From: Octopus vulgaris
Lineage: Eukaryota
DNA length: 64,000 nt
NCBI GenBank assembly: GCA_951406725.2
Contig: OX597815.1
Location: 144,646,001 to 144,710,000, forward strand
Direction of reading: 5' to 3'
The notes under the pieces are model-generated. The model was not told the origin of the DNA and ran no database searches. It worked only from the letters and a program-made list of their open reading frames with translations. Below are positions 14,988-32,311 of this stretch, one piece after another. A program made the translations under genes and the position numbers. Each line of letters opens with the position of its first letter. Positions within the stretch are counted from its first letter, which is position 1.

Positions 14988-15442
14988 TTTATTTACATTA
15001 TCTACAATGGGCAGGCAGGTGTCCTCGCCTTGTTTGTTGTTACCACAACATTTCGTCTGATGTACTTTCCAGCCTTCATCAGGTGTCCTGGTGGAATTTT
15101 AAACCTAACCCTTTATTTGGCTAATGGGGTATACTGTTCTCATTCTTAAAGTATTCTTTTTTACTGATGTTATTTTTTTGTAGATATTATACCCGTGGTC
15201 ATATAGTGTAGTGGATAAAAGTTCAATCCCAAGCAGGGACTTAGAAAATAATGTCTACAAAAAATAGCACCAGCAAATAGAATACCTTAGGAATGAGAAC
15301 AGAGTACCCCATTAGTCAAATAAAGGGTCGGGCTTGAAATTCCACCAGAACACCTGATGAAGGCTGGAGAGTACATCAGCCAAAATGTTGTGATAACAAA
15401 CAAGGTGAGGACACCTGTCCGTCCATTGCAGTTAATGTAGAC
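14988..15442. mobile_element. Diverged relative of the tRNA+hammerhead element, arranged as an inverted repeat
   Basis: 14988-15158 is the inverse of ~15278-15442. Hammerhead cores at 15044-15087 (-) and 15349-15393 (+, GAAA decayed). tRNA-like remnant TAGTGTAGTGG/GTTCAATCC at 15204-15229. Confidence 0.7.
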
Positions 15443-15624
15443 GATATTGTTACAGCTGGGGTTCCTTTAATCATAGACTTATTCGGCCAGGACTGACTAG
15501 GGTTAAACAACAACACCACCAAGAACGAAGGATAGCAATATCCTGCAGGAATCTTTAAATGCCTCGTTGAAAAGACAGAACAGCTGATATGATGTTTCTG
15601 ATGGAGAGCAATGTTGGTATACTG

Positions 15625-15789
15625 CACTGGCGTGGCTGGCAGGGGCAGTAGGGGCGGTCCGCCCCGCGCGGCTCTTTTAGAGGACCTTCACTTTTGGATC
15701 TGCTGTAGACAATATGTGTCTTTGTGGGGTCCGGGGGCGGCAAGTGGAAGGGCTGTCCCGGGCAGCACACACTTTAGATACGCTAGTGG
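15625..15789. mobile_element. GC-rich MITE (Harbinger-like)
   Basis: Termini CACTGGCGT...ACGCTAGTG. Confidence 0.5.
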
Positions 15790-15969
15790 TGTACTGCAAG
15801 AAAATTTTGGAGGTTTAGAATTGGTAAATACAACGAATTAAATAAGGAACTACAAACTTTTCAAATTAACTTCATTCAGATTATCAAAAAAGATGGGGTA
15901 TAAATTACACCAAAAACACATTCCAAAACCTCCTAAATACAAACAAGAATGGTATTAAAGATTCTAGAT

Positions 15970-16166
15970 CAGTGGTTCTCAACCTTTTTAATATCTGGGC
16001 CTGATCCAAAATCAGGATCTTATTGAGGGTCCCGCACCAAAAAATGTAAAACATAAATCAATTATAGAAGAACTTATTGTAATTATAGAGGTAAAACCGT
16101 CGAGGGCTGCCGGAAAGATGCTTGAGAGCAGCATACGGCCTTGGGAATCGCAGTTGAGAACCGCTG
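15970..16166. mobile_element. hAT-type MITE
   Basis: TIRs CAGTGGTTCTCAAC...GTTGAGAACCGCTG. Confidence 0.75.
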
Positions 16167-16629
16167 CAATCGAAGCCGTGGGTAAAATTGGTTAAACGGA
16201 AAACTCATGGAAGATTGTCGGGATGAAGAAACCGTTTTATAATGGGTATCTTTAGCGTTATGCTTTCTACTGTAGACAATTGAGTGAAGTCCCTAGTCTA
16301 AAGCTAACTCCCTTCCTTCCCCCCACCAGTCTTGGCGGATCTAGAAAATCGAAATAACTACTGAAGAGCAATAAGCCCGCGGACCCCGCCCCCCCCCCCC
16401 ATATATATTTTTTTGCCCAGAACTTTTATCCAATTTTTACTGGCTTGGGTCATCGATTTGATTTTCTCTTATTTCCTTCGTACATTTGTAAATGGAGGCT
16501 TTTAAAGAGAAGAGAAACAAAGAAAATGAAGAGAGCTATTAAAAAAAAAAAATGAATCCAGCGAATAAAAAACGAGTAACGAAAATCCGGCAAAAACACG
16601 AACAATAACATTGAAGAGTGATAATTCAC

Positions 16630-16840
16630 CCTGCTATAGGCTCACAGCCTGAAATTTGAGTAGAGGGAGCTAGTCAATTACATCGGCTCTAGTTCGAAAC
16701 TGGTACTTATTTTATCGACCCCGAAGAGATAAAAGGTAAAATCGACCTCGGCGGCATTTGAACTCAGAACGTAAAGACAGATGAAATACCGCTAAGCATT
16801 TTGCCCGGCGTGCTAACACTTTTGCCTGCCAGCTGCCTTA
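16630..16840 (-). mobile_element. SINE-B
   Basis: Matches the GGCGGTGAGCTGGCAGAA...GAGTTCAAATTCC...CTTTGCCTTTCATCCTTTCGGGGTCGATAA family. Confidence 0.85.
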
Positions 16841-17521
16841 TGATAGTCCTTTCCACTGTTGACACAGGGCCTGAAGTTTGTGAGGAGCGAATAAATTCAT
16901 CACTTTGACCTCAGTGAACGGCTAAGTTCATCTCGGCAAAATTTGACATCGATGAGAAATAGTATCCACAACCACAATTGTAAGAAAATCAAGGAGTGTG
17001 TTTACAAGAGTGGCGTGTAACTGGACACAAAACAAAATCGAGGCAACGTTAAAAGTGAAAGTTTTAGTTTCTGAAGGATGGTAACATGTAGAACAAAAAG
17101 GTAGTGTGTCTATATAACAGCTACGGTTACATATCTGCGTATATATTTACAAATAATCGAGGAAGATAAAACAAAATCGGGTTGGCCTAAACCTATAAAA
17201 CCGGGTAGAAATATGTAAAGAAGACGCGGGTGACTATAAGGTTACTTAGAAATCAGATCCACGCAACTGAGATTGATGTACAATTATATTCTATCGCCGT
17301 ACTTTGTATGTCTCGAGTGAACACATCCTTAAACCACATTGTATAGTGAGACGGCATACATGAAGTGTCCTTCATTTTGGTTTCGTCGGCAGAGACTCCA
17401 AACGTACGGTATGGTGCAGTGTATACCATGATGGTAACAAAAAAAGAAAAACGATAAAACTTTAATACCTTAGTTGTATGAAAAAAACCATTACACCAAA
17501 TGTCACACCAATGACCGCCTG

Positions 17522-17614
<93 letters not shown>

Positions 17615-18234
17615 AGTGTGTGTGTAAACAGAAAATAGAGAAATATTGATCAACAACAATTGACTAACATCAACTATTACTTTTAATACAAATAGACTGT
17701 ATCCCATCTAACAGCTGTTTCTGCTTCCAATGTTCTACGGTATTGCCGTTGAAAATTCTGACCATTAGAACTCAGAACTATGTGGTTGAAAAGCTGTGGA
17801 TTCTGTTGATATCTAACCACCTTCGTTGCTAACATAACGCAACTATTTTTCACGTTCGTTCATAGAAACTGTTGTTGGTGAAACGCCCCTTGTGATTCAT
17901 TTATGGCAGAGTTAGATCTAAGCACTTACAAACGACTGACCTGTAAGTCAATCTTCAGTCTTACATCAGTGGCGTCAGATATCACCGGAAGGTAAGAATA
18001 TCTAAAAAGGATTGTCAGTCCATCTCATAGTTTCAGTCGACAAAATGGAAAAAGTGTTGCCCTGGAGGTTATCAAATAAATTAGTTCATTCTGGTTGTGT
18101 TTTTTGTTCTTTTTTCTGCTTTTTTTTAATGGACACTCCAATATCATATGTCAGATAAGAAGTAAAATTTATTCAAATTTCAAAGACGATAAGCAAAAGA
18201 AAGAATAGAGCGACAATAAAAATCCCACAAAATA

Positions 18235-18445
18235 CTCTTTTCTACTCTAGGCACAAGGCCCGAAATTTTTAGGGGATGGGGGCCAGTCGATTAGATTGAC
18301 CCCAGTACGCAACTGGTACCTAATTTATCGACCCCGAAAGGAAAAGTCGATCTCAGCGGAATTTGAACTCAGAAAGTAAAGACAGACGAAATACCGATAG
18401 ACATTTCGCCCGGTGTGCTAACGTTTCTGCCAGCACGCTACCTTA
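18235..18445 (-). mobile_element. SINE-B
   Basis: Same family as 16630 and 34957. Confidence 0.85.
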
Positions 18446-19094
18446 AAAAAAGAAAGTCCCATAATAAAAATACTTCTCTTGTTAACTCAAGCAAGTGTGA
18501 CTGTCTGGTACGAAGTTTGCTTCCCATCCATATGGTTCCGGTTTCAGTCCCGCAACGTTGCACCTTCGGTAAGTGTCTTCTGCTATAGCAATGGTTCTTA
18601 GCTTTTATTTATTACGAGACATAAGTTTCATAAACTACAAAATATAAATATCCACACAACCACACTCGAAACGTACCTGTTATAATGCTTTATCTCGATT
18701 TGAAAGTACGTGAAGGTATTTAGAATGCACAAACTTATTTCTGTAAATGTGCAGAGCACTGGTGCTGATCATACTGTAATCAATAAGCGTAGGAGCGAGG
18801 TAAATTCAGTAAAGATATGGGGATAATGGAGCCCCATTTAAGCTGCCCTTCAGAAATTGAGTCTCTTTACGATACTCCCTGGGAGTTCATGGCATGAAAT
18901 TCATTGTCATTGCTCCTATTAGGGGTGGGGGGCAGTGAGGCCCCAATTAGGCGGCCCTTAAAAAATAGACCTCCTTAGGACATTCCCTGAGATTAGGGGA
19001 GTTGCTGGTTTGAGCTTCGTTGTCCTTCCACTAAGGAATTAACGAACATAAAAAATGTAACGGACAGAGAAACATCATTTAAATTTATAATAGG

Positions 19095-19157
<63 letters not shown>

Positions 19158-19311
19158 TTGAAGTGCTCCTTTTTTATTGTTATGCCTAGCACCTACCAAA
19201 GTGGTGAGTGAGATATCACGACTAAACTAACTTAACATGAATGATAATTTATAAAGTTGCCTAAAAAATGGAGTGTATAAGCTTTCAACTGTGAAATGAT
19301 AAAAAAAAATT

Positions 19312-19665
19312 AACAAGAGCACTCAGAGAGCGCATACCTCCGCCAAGGTAACACCAATGTCCTCTCAACGATTAGCTGGAGATGATTTTTAAAATGAGAA
19401 CATCTGAAATAAACTCAACTGATCTCACAAACGAGAACACTAAAACTGAACCTGACCGCTCTCAAAAATTAAGTAAAAACAAAAAACAGGGAAAATAATC
19501 CAGAATCCTTGTGCAGTACCGGATCGATCCCAAAATCTAATCAGTTCGTACCAATCACGAGGCCAAACATCCCTGAAAGTTTCATCCAAATCCATCCATC
19601 TTGAGATATTTTGTCCACGGACAAACATAGACGACTGAAAATAATACCTCCGCCTTCGCTAAGAC
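19312..19665. mobile_element. Helentron/HINE-like repeat, copy 2
   Basis: Homologous to 1568-1926 in the same orientation. Confidence 0.6.
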
Positions 19666-20254
19666 AAGCAAACAAACACGGCTGAAAACAATTTACTTTA
19701 TACATTGCGAGTTAATGGCTTCCCTCTGCGGATACGCTTCTTCTTTTTTTTTTTTTTTTGCTACACAAGCAAAAATCAAACACAATAACACAATAGCCGC
19801 CGAGAGCAGGCGAAATTGTACCAGAGCTGGGCACAATTTACTGAAAAAATAATTCACACGCAATAAATTATGCCCAGCTCAAAACAAGCAAAATCACCTA
19901 CCTCGACGGACTTCCTTTGGTCTTATTTTTCTTCTTTTTTCTTTTTAGGACGGAGCTCAAAGCTCACGTCCTCACTGTTCAATATCAAGAAGCAAAACAC
20001 AATCTCGCATGCGCGGAAGCAAGCTTCTTACCACACAGCCACTCCTGCGCCTGATTATTTATAATATAATTACTCTACTTGAGGTAAAATGTAATATGTT
20101 AATTATGTTACCTCACCCACCCGCTCCTAAAGCCTACCGCTCCCTTCGACATGCCCTTGGGGGATGTACCGTCCACACTGAGAATCTACTGTAGCCTCGG
20201 TCCGACTAAAGCATTACGAGGGGATTTAGTAGACGGAAACTGAAAGAAGCCCGT

Positions 20255-20306
<52 letters not shown>

Positions 20307-21363
20307 CGCGTGTGAGTGTGTGTGTGTATGTGTGCGTGCGTCTTTGTGTCTGTGCTTGTCTCCCACCACTGCTTGACAACAGGTGTTGCTGTGTTGATCT
20401 TGTAACTAAGCTGTTCGGTAAAATATACTGATTCATTCGACTAAAAATTATTCAATGCGGTGCCCCAGCATGGCCGCGGTCTAATGACTGAAACAGGTAA
20501 GAGATAAAAAGGAGAGAAGATAATAATGACAAAAATTTAAATAAATGAGGGGGAAAAAAAACAAATTTATCTGACAACCCAATTTCTTATGAAATTATTG
20601 ATCTCTGTGATATTGTTGACAAAGAAGTACAAAGGAATGCGTGAGGCAATTGGCTTATAGTTGTCTTTTAGATGAGAGGATGTAGCTGAGAGAGAGCGAG
20701 GAGAAGGTTTATTGATTTCATGCTTTGAACTGATGTAGATGTTCAGGTTTAGTTTTGGAGACTTCCTTTGAAGACTTCCGACACACGACAGAAGAGAAAC
20801 ACAAAGTCTGGAGACTATTAAACAAATATCAAATACAGTGTAACGGTGAGGAAAATATAAGATCTCCAATACTTTTACACCAATTTGTTTAATATTTATA
20901 TATAATAATAACCGATATAAAAATGTTGGTCGCTTGATCTGTTGATATTTCCAGTCATCGCTATAATGACAACCAAAATTATTTCTTCTTTAAGCATAAG
21001 CTGAGTCGACGGAGAGGAGTTACAACTAGATGAGATCTCCAAGCGGTTTAAATACACAAGTCTCCGATATCCAAGTGACTAAAAAGTGTCAGCTGAAGAG
21101 CACCCAGGAACCATGACATGGATGCGGCCCGACCCTTTTAAAGTGTAAGAAGTTAAGAGCCGAAACATTTGCCTGGGGGTATGGCGTTCTTCTCTGAAGA
21201 TCTTCAGCTCTTCAGCTCTCTTGAGAGTTTCTTAACACTAATAATCATTTCCCACGTCATTTTGCATATAAAAATGGACACAGATCTCTTGTACTTTTTT
21301 GAGTGTTGCACAGTGCAATAGCCGATTTTGGTTTGTTGATATTTCTAGTCACGCTTTACATTG

Positions 21364-21404
<41 letters not shown>

Positions 21405-22324
21405 AACATAAAGGGTGCAGGTATAAGTGCACATCCTAGGGTTGGTGGCAGGTAATGAGTAAAAGAACGCTAAACACATCTACAGGGAGAGAGAATCATT
21501 GCGACAGGGGAGGTGGAAGGGAGGGAGAATGAGGGAAGAATGGGATGGAGGAGAGTGAATGAATGACGGGGTTATGGGAGGAGTTATATAAATGAGAGAT
21601 AAAGAGTGGACGAAACACCACAGCGATTAGCATATTCGCGTTCGAATCTAGCAGAACGTATTAAGAATTTAAGAATGAAAAGCTTTTTGTTTTATTGAAT
21701 TTTATTTAAGGTAATAAAACATTTTCCGAAGACTTGGTTGTGTGATTAAGAAACTCGCTTTGCAACTACGTGCTTTTAACATCCGTCCCACTGAACGGTA
21801 CTTTGGGCATGTGCTTTCTACTATATTCCTGGACGACCAATGTTTTGTGTGAATTTGGCCCGCGGAAACTATGAGGAAGCCTGTCGTATTTTCTTTTATT
21901 CTTCTTTTACTTGTTTCAGCTATTTGACTTCGGCCATGCTGGAGCACCGCATATAGTCGAGCAAATCGACCACAGGACTTATTCTTTGTAAGCCTAGTAC
22001 TTATTCTATCGGTTTCTTATGCCGAACCGCTAAGTTACGGGGAGGTAAACACACCAGCATCGGTTGTCAAGTGATGTTGGGAGGACAAAAATAGACACAC
22101 AAGCATATACACATGCGTATATATGTATGTATATATATATATATATGTATGTATATATATATATATATATGTATGTATATATATACATACATACATACAT
22201 ATACATACATACATACATACATACATACATACATACATACATACATACATACATACATACATACACACATATACAACAGGCTTCTTTCAGTTCCCGTCTA
22301 CCAAATCCATTCACAAGGCTTTGG

Positions 22325-25050
<2,726 letters not shown>

Positions 25051-25211
25051 TATTCTCTTGCTACCTCGAGTTACGTAAATATTTGAGGCGGGTGTAGACA
25101 AATGTGGATTGCTCAACGTAACAATGAAACAGATACAACCGTGTCTATAATGGCGTCCCTTGGGATTGAATGCTTACAAGTCATTCCTCTCTCTATGCTA
25201 TTAACTAAACA

Positions 25212-25272
<61 letters not shown>

Positions 25273-25382
25273 ACACGCACACGCAAACTCACACACATAC
25301 ACACACATGTACGCAGACTATGCACTGTACATATATGCAACCAAATACACAAACACAGACACACACACACAAACACACTCAC

Positions 25383-25414
<32 letters not shown>

Positions 25415-25748
25415 GCACACGCAAACTCACACACATACACCCACACACACACATGTTCGTAGACTATGCACTGTACACATATGCAACCAAATACACATAC
25501 ACAAACACACACACAAACACACTCACACACACACAAACACACACACACAAGCACAAACACACACACTCTCACACACACAGATATATACGTGTGTGTATGT
25601 ATGTATGTATGTATGTATACGATGAGCTTCGTTCAGTTTCCATCTACTAATTCCACTTACAAGACTTTGGTAAGTTCGAGGCTATAGTAGAAGACGCTTG
25701 TCCAATGTGCCACGCAGTGGGACTGAACCCGGAGCCATGTAGTTTGGC

Positions 25749-25882
<134 letters not shown>

Positions 25883-26216
25883 CTTATCATATGCATCCTT
25901 ACTACTCAGTATTAATATAACAATTATATTCCGCCGAGGTTGGCTTTGCCTTTCATTCTTTCGGGGTCGATGAATTAAGTACCAGCTGCGTACTGGGTCA
26001 ATCTAATCGACTGGCCCCCTCCCCAAAAATGCCGAGCTTTGCGCCTAGAATAGAAATGAATATACATATACATTCTATTCATATGCATACAATCAAATAG
26101 GTGTTTACACATTTTCGCACACTAATCACACACACACACATTTGTGCGCGCATGTGCAATAAAATTCACACTCACTCTAATACATTTTCACATTCGAGAC
26201 ACACATACCTCCAAAA

Positions 26217-26717
26217 TTGCATATCTCGAGGATTGAATCACCACAGAGGGCACTCACTGAACGAATTGAAGGCATGACTGATCTCGATTATTGGGACCGC
26301 CTTAAAGCTTTGAAACTCTACTCTCTCCAGCGCCGCCACGAGCGGCACATCATTTGTCCGATGTGGAGAATATACCGCCAGCATTGCCCAAATGACCTGA
26401 ACATTAGTTTCAAGGGTCATCCAAGGCTGGGACCACGGGCCATACGTCCCCAGCCCAATTCAAGATCACAGCATATAGGTTCACTGCGACATAATTTCTT
26501 TTCCTCAACAGGCCCTGCCCTGTTTAACATTTTCCTGAAAGCGATCAAAGAGGAAAAGGATCCCATCACCTTTAAACGGAATCTGGACAGATTTCTTCAA
26601 GGAATATTGGACCATAAACAAAATTTGACTTAAACAGGATTTAGATATTCCTATACGGTGGTGCTATTAAGTTAGACATGTCCTAGACCAATCTTTGGTC
26701 GAAACATATCTAAGTTT
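26217..26717 (+). mobile_element. CR1-type LINE, 3' fragment
   Basis: ORF ISRIESPQRALT...LKLYSLQRR matches the C-terminus of 54649-56580; same 3' UTR ending ACATATCTAAGTTT. Confidence 0.9.
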
Positions 26718-26724
26718 ATATATA

Positions 26725-26801
<77 letters not shown>

Positions 26802-26880
26802 ATGCATGCATGTATGTATGTATGTATGTATGTATGTATGTATGTATGTATGTATGTATGTATGTATGTATGTATGTATT

Positions 26881-27216
26881 ATTGTATTTCAGAAGGGTAA
26901 TTTTTTTTCCAAATAAGCACACGCACTATTTTCGTTCTTCACTCGTTTATTACAGTTCTTATTCTAATTCATGTCCAATGTCCGGAAATCTTTCATCACA
27001 CATCTGTGACCTCCTCAGCTACACTTTCCGTTCTCATGTATGCTCTTGCTCCGCTCGGTTCATGAACTAAACGGAGCAAGAGCACACACGAAGATTTCCG
27101 GACAATGGACATGAATTAGAATAAGAACAGCAATAAACGAGTGAAGAACGAATATATAGAACGTGTGTTTATTTGGCAAAAACAAGAAAAAACAGAATGA
27201 CCATCCCTAAATACAA
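26881..27216. repeat. Imperfect foldback centred on GTTCATGAAC
   Basis: TTCGTTCTTCACTCGTTTATT...CATGTCCAATGTCCGGAAATC pairs with GATTTCCGGACAATGGACATG...AATAAACGAGTGAAGAACGAA. Confidence 0.9.
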
Positions 27217-28095
27217 CAATATCTGTTTCAATACACGGTTTCACATCAGGAATCCTGCAACACAAATTCACGTGTGTGTGCGCGCGCGCCTGTTTGTCTG
27301 TGTGTCTATGCGTGTGTGTGTGTGTGTGTGTGTGTGTCTGTCTGTCTGTATGTGGTATGTTTGTCCCCAACCACCGCATGACAACCGGTGTTGGCTTGTT
27401 TACGTCCCCATAACATTAGCGGTTCAACAAAAAGAGACCGACTGGATAAATACCAGAATTAAAAATATGTACTGGGGGCTATTTGTTTCACTAAAACCCT
27501 TCGAGGCGGTGCCCTAGAATGGGCGCTCTCAAATGATATAAACAAGTAAAATAAAAAAAAATAAATAAACACTATATCTAACTCCGGACCTTATGACGAA
27601 ATCAATGGCTACAATTAAGGAAACATACAAGTTATAATTAATACCAAAAAAATATAACGAATTCTTGATAAAAATCAGCATTTAAACTAGGAGTAGTCAC
27701 CATTAAGCCAAAAGTAAACTACACACAGCGATAGACATCAGGAAATTTGTAGTCGAAAATTAAGAAAAACATAAATGTATTTTGTATGAATTTTCGGTTA
27801 TCATCGAGATCTCTTGAGTAGGATGTAGGTCTTAAGTGCGTCCTGTTCTCGTTATAAATTATGCTGACCAGATTACTATGTAAACTTTCATTCATTTATC
27901 CATTCATTCATTCATACATACATACATGCATACATACTTACGTACGTACGTGCGTACATATATACATACATGTATGTGCGTGTGTGTGTGAGAGAGAGAG
28001 AGAGAGTTTAAGTGTGATGTTTCGACTTACCTATTAACAGGCGCTACTCAGAGGAGGGACAAGAGCTGTGCTTGTTCTTTCTATCCTTCGCTCTC

Positions 28096-28145
<50 letters not shown>

Positions 28146-28617
28146 ATATATATATGTATATATGATTCACAATCAAGGTGCAATAATGGCGTATTCCGAA
28201 CGAACAAGGTAATGTAATCCGATGGTAGAAATAATTTAGTGAATTAGGTACTCCAAAGTCAGTCAGAAGGCCGGGGGTCCGTGTGAGCGTGCGGTAAATG
28301 GTAAATAAAAAAAAAAAACAATGTGTGGACGTGGTATATGTAAATTATTAGCAGACGCTTAGGGAAGGAAAGAAAGATGGTTTAATGTTTCGAGCAGACG
28401 CTCTTCTTCGGAAACGGAGGAAAGTCCAATAGAAGGGAAGACGGAGGAAGAAAATGGCCAACGATTCGTATGTATGTAGGTATGTATGTATGTATGTATG
28501 TATGTATGCATGCATGCATGCATGCATGTATGTATGTATGTATGTATGTATGTATGTATGTATGTATGTATGTATTATGTATGTATGCATGTATTGTGTA
28601 TGTATGTGTTATGTATG

Positions 28618-28648
<31 letters not shown>

Positions 28649-29566
28649 TCACCTGTACCGATTAGACTATCGGATTATACATTGCTGGTCACAATGCGCT
28701 TCCATTCTTTCTTAATTGCACCCTTCTTTTTCATCTTGACCCAGATCGTTTAATTATATCGTCTCCCGATTCGTGGAGACCTGATGAGTGGCTTTTACCA
28801 ATTTCATGGCTATCACTCAGCAATTGTACGTGCGGCATGTCGCGGCCGCTAGATTTCGTGCCTTCGGTATTCTGCGATCACAGCCATTCACTTCGTTCCA
28901 TTCTCAAATCACCTCTTTTCGATTATGTCCTCGCAATGATATTCCTAACAATGGATCGTAGAGTAAGAAATGTAAAATATATTCACAGTCCGAAGCGAAA
29001 CTCAAAGTCGAAAATTTTAAACATTTCTTCGTGTCAATGATTGACATCTTTCAACCCCACCTTTCGTATATTTTAGTTTGTCTTTCTCAACATCTTTTTG
29101 TAACCCCGCCCTTGCTTTTAACGTTCCATATCTTGCCTGCATAAATGAAGTTGAGTGCAATAGAACCCCAATTGAGAAAATACCTTGCGATATTTCATCC
29201 AGTTCAAGGCGGTGAGCTTGCAGAATCGTTAGCACACCGGAGTAAAATGCTTAACGGCATTTTGTCCGTATTTATGTTCTAAGTTCAAATTCCACCGAGA
29301 TCTACTTTGCTTTTAATCCTTTCGTGGTCGATAAAATAAGTACCAGTTGAGTACTGGGGTCGATCTAATCGATTTACTCACTCTCCCGATATTGCTGGCT
29401 TTCTGCCAAAATTTGAAATTAGCATTTCACCCGGTTCTTCACGTTCTGAGTTAAACCCGCCGAGGTCAACTATGCTTTCTGTCTTTTCGAGGTCAAAGAT
29501 ACATGTGAAGTACCTGAGGTCGATGTATTTGACTGGTTCTTCCCTCAAAACTGCTGGCCTCGGTGG

Positions 29567-30090
29567 CAGGGCCGTCTTAGCAGCATTATAGACCCCATGC
29601 AAATCAATGCTCTGGGCCCCTTTGAAATTATTTATTGGCCGCAAACTCCAGCAAACATTGATTAGAATTAGGTCCCTAAACCCGTAGTGCCCCAGGGCAA
29701 CTACCCAAAGCGTTTATATGTTAAGATGGTACAGTACCACAGTATATCATATCAGGGCAAGAAGAGCGAGCTAGAACAGATGTTGAATGGTATTTTCTCA
29801 TCCAATCCAGAACTAAGTTGTTTCTAATTTAGGTACAAAACCAGTAACTGACTCCAGTTCTTGACTGGTTCTTTATTTTATTCAACTCTGAAAAGATGAA
29901 ACGTAAAGTTGGCTTCGATGGCAGGTCCAGTTTAACGGCATTATAGGTCCCTGCGAAAATCAAAGCACCATTGGGCCCTATCTTTACTTACTGACAACAA
30001 ACCTCTGTATACATAGATCAGAATCGGGACCCTTAACCCATGAGGCCTCCCGGCAACTGCCTAGTGTGGATATGCCTTAAGACGGCACGA
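29567..30090. mobile_element. Two Harbinger-like MITE copies (29567-29733, 29922-30088)
   Basis: CAGGGCCGTCTTAG...TTAAGATGGTAC and CAGGTCCAGTTTAA...TTAAGACGGCAC, with similar interiors. Confidence 0.55.
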
Positions 30091-30628
30091 ACCTTATGTC
30101 TAAATCATAAGCCATAATTATGAGTGATGAAGGCGGTGGATTACAAGCAAAAGCAGGGAGACAAAGACATGGAGTCCTGTAAACCAACCTAGTCAGCTAT
30201 TTATCATATTTTGTTTTCTTTTAACAATATCTTGTTTTAATTGGATTGCCTATATTCAGTCCACTTAAAACGAAGGCTTCAGCGTGTTCGCTCCACCAAC
30301 CACGGTCTGATGTGGAGGCCTTGAATTCGAGCTTGAGATCCTACTGGTCTGATGAGTCTTCTCTACTACACTGGCTCGACATAGCTTGGCAAAAGGTTAC
30401 AATTTTTTATACGCTTACTCAGGAGTAATTAAGTCGATTACATCGATCCCCAGTGTTCACCTGGTACTTATGTTATCGACCCCGAAAGGATGAAAGACAA
30501 AGTGGACCCCGACAGAATTTTCACCCGGAACGTAAAGACAAATGAAATGGCTCGATGTAATTGATTAACAGCCTCCCCACGAAGTTTCAGGCCTTGTGTC
30601 TGTAGGAGAAATAATAATTATTATTATT

Positions 30629-31168
30629 GAGTGAGAGAGCAGAGCATGCCATCAAAGTGACACCGGGGTAAAATATACCCATCATGACTACCCGTCTGAT
30701 AAGGGTACACCAGGCACATGCATCACAACCATATGTGCATGACATGGTGATCTCATATCAAAATAAACAGCACATGACCTGCAGGTGGGGGCCCAGTTAG
30801 AATTTTCTTCTGGTCGAGTAGCGCATCTCGCTCAAAAGGTCCCTGAATAAGGATTGTTTAAGGATGTTGAACGAACCACCCATGCTTCCAAAGGTGAATT
30901 ATCCAAACCTCTAAGAATTCCTCTCAACACACAGCTATGATGCTCCCCCGCTACTTCTGCTTGTAATCAGAGATGCACATATCGTCAACCACTAAGGGAC
31001 ATAGTCAACTGGTTATGGTCAAACAACTGACGAGCAAATCTGTGGTATTGAGCAGAATATTTGCTGTAGCTCATCTTTTATACCAAGAAAAAACAATGTA
31101 CATGATAACACTTGCAATCAATTAAGATCAGAAGTCATGAGAGCCACTGTCTGGTACTGCATCAGGGC

Positions 31169-31170
<2 letters not shown>
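30629..31170. mobile_element. ~540 bp repeat embedded in (ATT)n, copy 1
   Basis: GAGTGAGAGAGCAG...GGTACTGCATCAGGGCA(TTA)n; other copies at 31811 and 49801. Confidence 0.85.
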
Positions 31171-31243
<73 letters not shown>

Positions 31244-31810
31244 TATTATTATTATAGAAGGCGGCGAGCTGACAGAATCGTTAGCGTATTGGACGAAATG
31301 CTTAGCGGTATTTCGCCCGTTGCTACGTTCTAAGATCAAATTCCGCTGAGGTCGACTTTGCCTTTCATCCTTTCGAGGTCAATAAAATAAGTACCAGTGA
31401 AACACTGGGGTCGATATAATCGACCAGTCCCCTTCCCCAAAATTTCAGCCCTTGTGCCTAAATTAGAAAGGAATATTTTTGTTGTTGCCATGTTGGAGCC
31501 ACTAAGATATTCTTTTGATGTATTTCTGTAAACGATTCGCACATATTTGATACACAACTGAGGTTAACATTCATTGTTTTTCTGATTTATCTTATGACAG
31601 AAATGAATTTTGATGGGATAATAGAAACGTGATAAGTAGGGCAAGTACTTTAAGAAAAACCTTTCTGCATGCATCTCTGCCTTTCTGTATTTATTTACCG
31701 ATTTGCAGGAGGATGTCTTTTTATCATCTAAATCCTCAATACCGTTATAGTCTATTATTATTGTTGTTGTTGTTGTTGTTGTTATTATTTATATTATTAC
31801 TATCATTATT

Positions 31811-32311
31811 GAGTGAGAGAGCAGTGCATACCATCAAAGTGACACTGGGGTAAAATATACGAAGCCCAGTACACCAATCATAACTACCCGTCTGATAAGG
31901 GTACACCAGGCACATGCATCACAAATATGTGTGCACAACATGGTGATCTCATATCAAGACAAACAGCACATAACCTTGCAGGTGGGGCCCAGTTAGAATT
32001 TTCTTCTAGTCGAGTAACCCATCCCGCTCAAAAGGTCCCTGAATAAGGGTTGTTTAAGGATGTTGAACGAAACACCAATGTTTCCAGAGGTGAATTATTC
32101 AAACCCCAAAGAATCCCTCTCAACACATGGCTATGATGTTCCCCAACTACTTCTGCTTGTGATCAGAGATGCACATATCGTCAGCCACTAAGGGACATGC
32201 TCAACTGGTTAAGGTCAAACAACTCAAGCAAATCTGTGGTATTGAGCAGAATATTCGCTGTAGTCCATCTTTTAAACCAAGACAAAACAATGTACATGAT
32301 AACACTTTCAA
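31811..32311. mobile_element. (ATT)n-embedded repeat, copy 2 (right end truncated)
   Basis: Homologous to 30629-31170; ATT repeats on both sides. Confidence 0.85.
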
